Below are positions 32,020 to 33,478 of a stretch of 33,478 bases of DNA, one piece after another. The DNA lies in contig MRSU01008697.1 of assembly GCA_008369845.1 (NCBI GenBank), positions 1 through 33,478 of the forward strand, read 5' to 3'. The notes below the pieces were generated by a model. That model was given only the letters and a program-made list of their open reading frames with translations, did not search any database and was not told the DNA's origin. Each line of letters starts with the position of its first letter. Positions within the stretch are counted from its first letter, which is position 1. The translations under genes and the position numbers were made by a program. This stretch comes from Trichomonas gallinae (lineage: Eukaryota).

Positions 32020-32260
32020 ATTATATTTACACATTGCGGAGCTTGGATATAATATAATTGCCGTATTCCTTTTGTCTAAGAATGTCATTGATGATAATTC
32101 CATTGACCATGCTACACCTTTACATTATATTCGTAATCTGAAATTGTCAAGATATTGATGATGTGAACAAGACACAATGCTATGATGACAACATGTGATG
32201 GAAAAACAGCATTTGATTGAACAGGAAACAAAATCATTTGAGAAATGTTGGATTTTTGTC
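32020..32260 (+). pseudogene. Degraded ankyrin-repeat gene
   Basis: LHIAELGYNIIAVFLLSKN..D..HATPLHY, then after a shift EIVKILM, then DGKTAFD*..II*EML. Confidence 0.75.
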
Positions 32261-32771
32261 AAATGTTAAATAAATATTTTATGTGTCAAAGATCTAAAAC
32301 TGTTGCAGATTGTTTTTTCGACCATTCCATGCCTGTAAACAAAACAGTCTCAGACCCTCCGGATTCTCATGGACTGAAAATGCATTACTAGGGATGCAAC
32401 TTTGAAGATAGTCTGAAGATCGAAAATTAATTTCTGGAAGATAGTCTGGAAGATACGGTTATTGTATAGAGTATGTATGCGGATAGTTGTGTAATGGACA
32501 TCAAAAAGTCATATTTTTTTCGAATTTGAAATTACTGCGATTTCATTGATTCAAAAATATTATTTCTTGATGCTGTATTGCAATAATATCACTCACACAA
32601 AAAGAAAAATAAATTTCAACAAAATTTATACGAGAAAAAGAATGATAAATGTGAATATAAGGATGAAAAATAAATAAAAATCAAATTTGTGAATATCTCA
32701 AATTATTTGACAATCAAAATCATGTAGTCTTTTAATTCATTCCCTGAAGCTTGACGTTTTGTATTTGAGAT

Positions 32772-33290
32772 ATGAACTGCACATGTGATGATGATGGAAA
32801 GTGCGCATTCGCTGAATCTGTTTTATTACTTAGCTTTTTCTCAAATAATTCTATCACTGAAGCGAAATTCAATGGAAAATTTGATAGAATTCCTATTTAT
32901 TACTTCTACAACTGCACAAGTCTTTCTTCAGCCATACTTTGTGAAGGAATCAAGACCCTTTGTTTCTCTAGTTTCGTGAAGTGCACTCAACTATCTACTG
33001 TCATCCTTCCATCAAGTCTGATTACAATCGAAGACTATGTCATCTCAGAACGTTCTTCTTTCGAAAATATCAATCTTCCAGAAATTTACATATTTTATTC
33101 ATGCATAAATCTCAAACAAATAAAACTCCCTAATTTAATAACGAAAGTTAGTTCATATTACTTGATTTCAAAGTGCATATATCAATAATGACTAATCACT
33201 ATTCATAAGAAGTATGAAATGAGTTTGAACAATTTGCAAAATGAAGCACATTATCTCAAACAAAAGTCTGCGAGAAATAGATACATTTAT
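32772..33290 (+). pseudogene. BspA-like (TpLRR/LRR_5) surface protein fragment, probably degenerate
   Basis: FYNCTSLSSA, FVKCTQLSTVILPSSLITIE, FYSCINLKQIKLPNLITKV. Repeats are eroded and internally shortened, with a stop at 33188 and SLREIDTF in another frame downstream. Confidence 0.75.
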
Positions 33291-33478
33291 CTCTTTTTTA
33301 AAAAAAAAAAATGAATCTCATCGAAATTAGGAGAAAATCGAATAAAACAACTCCTGTAAGATTTTATTATTATTAATTTTTTTTTTTTTTGATAAAATAA
33401 ATAAGCGTTGGAGAAATCTATGTTTATCATATTCCAATAGTTCTTAGTGAATATGATTATATTATAAGTATCGATATA

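Noticed and set aside
1..33478. Spliceosomal introns or intact Maverick/mariner/Mutator elements
   Set aside because: I saw no ACTAACACACAG-type 3' intron motif, and no transposase, integrase or polymerase ORFs.

Overview
This is AT-rich, intron-less eukaryotic genomic DNA that looks like a trichomonad (most likely Trichomonas vaginalis or a close relative; inferred from the BspA-like LRR, ankyrin relics, TCAYW initiator and AAAGTGAC motifs just before ATGs). It holds a tRNA-Lys(CTT) at the left edge and 14 probable single-exon genes. These are Nap1/NCKAP1 (WAVE complex), two large type-I surface proteins, a Ser/Thr kinase, an FCP1/SCP-like phosphatase, a tiny endosulfine/ARPP19-like protein, an EamA transporter, a class-3 lipase, an ITFG1/TIP homologue, Notchless/Rsa4, Vps53 and three hypotheticals. 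The intergenic DNA contains decayed genes that the ORF track misses or fragments: a Bacteroidetes-like GH20 beta-hexosaminidase pseudogene, two ankyrin-repeat relics, a BspA fragment and possible DUF3447 and DMT relics. The most interesting items are the GH20 pseudogene, a surface protein with a catalytically dead bacterial-type transglutaminase-like domain, the 67-aa endosulfine-like gene, and a repeat-built surface protein whose signal peptide has no ATG. I found no convincing novel multi-gene system, CRISPR array or intact mobile element. All family calls come from recalled motifs, not database searches.
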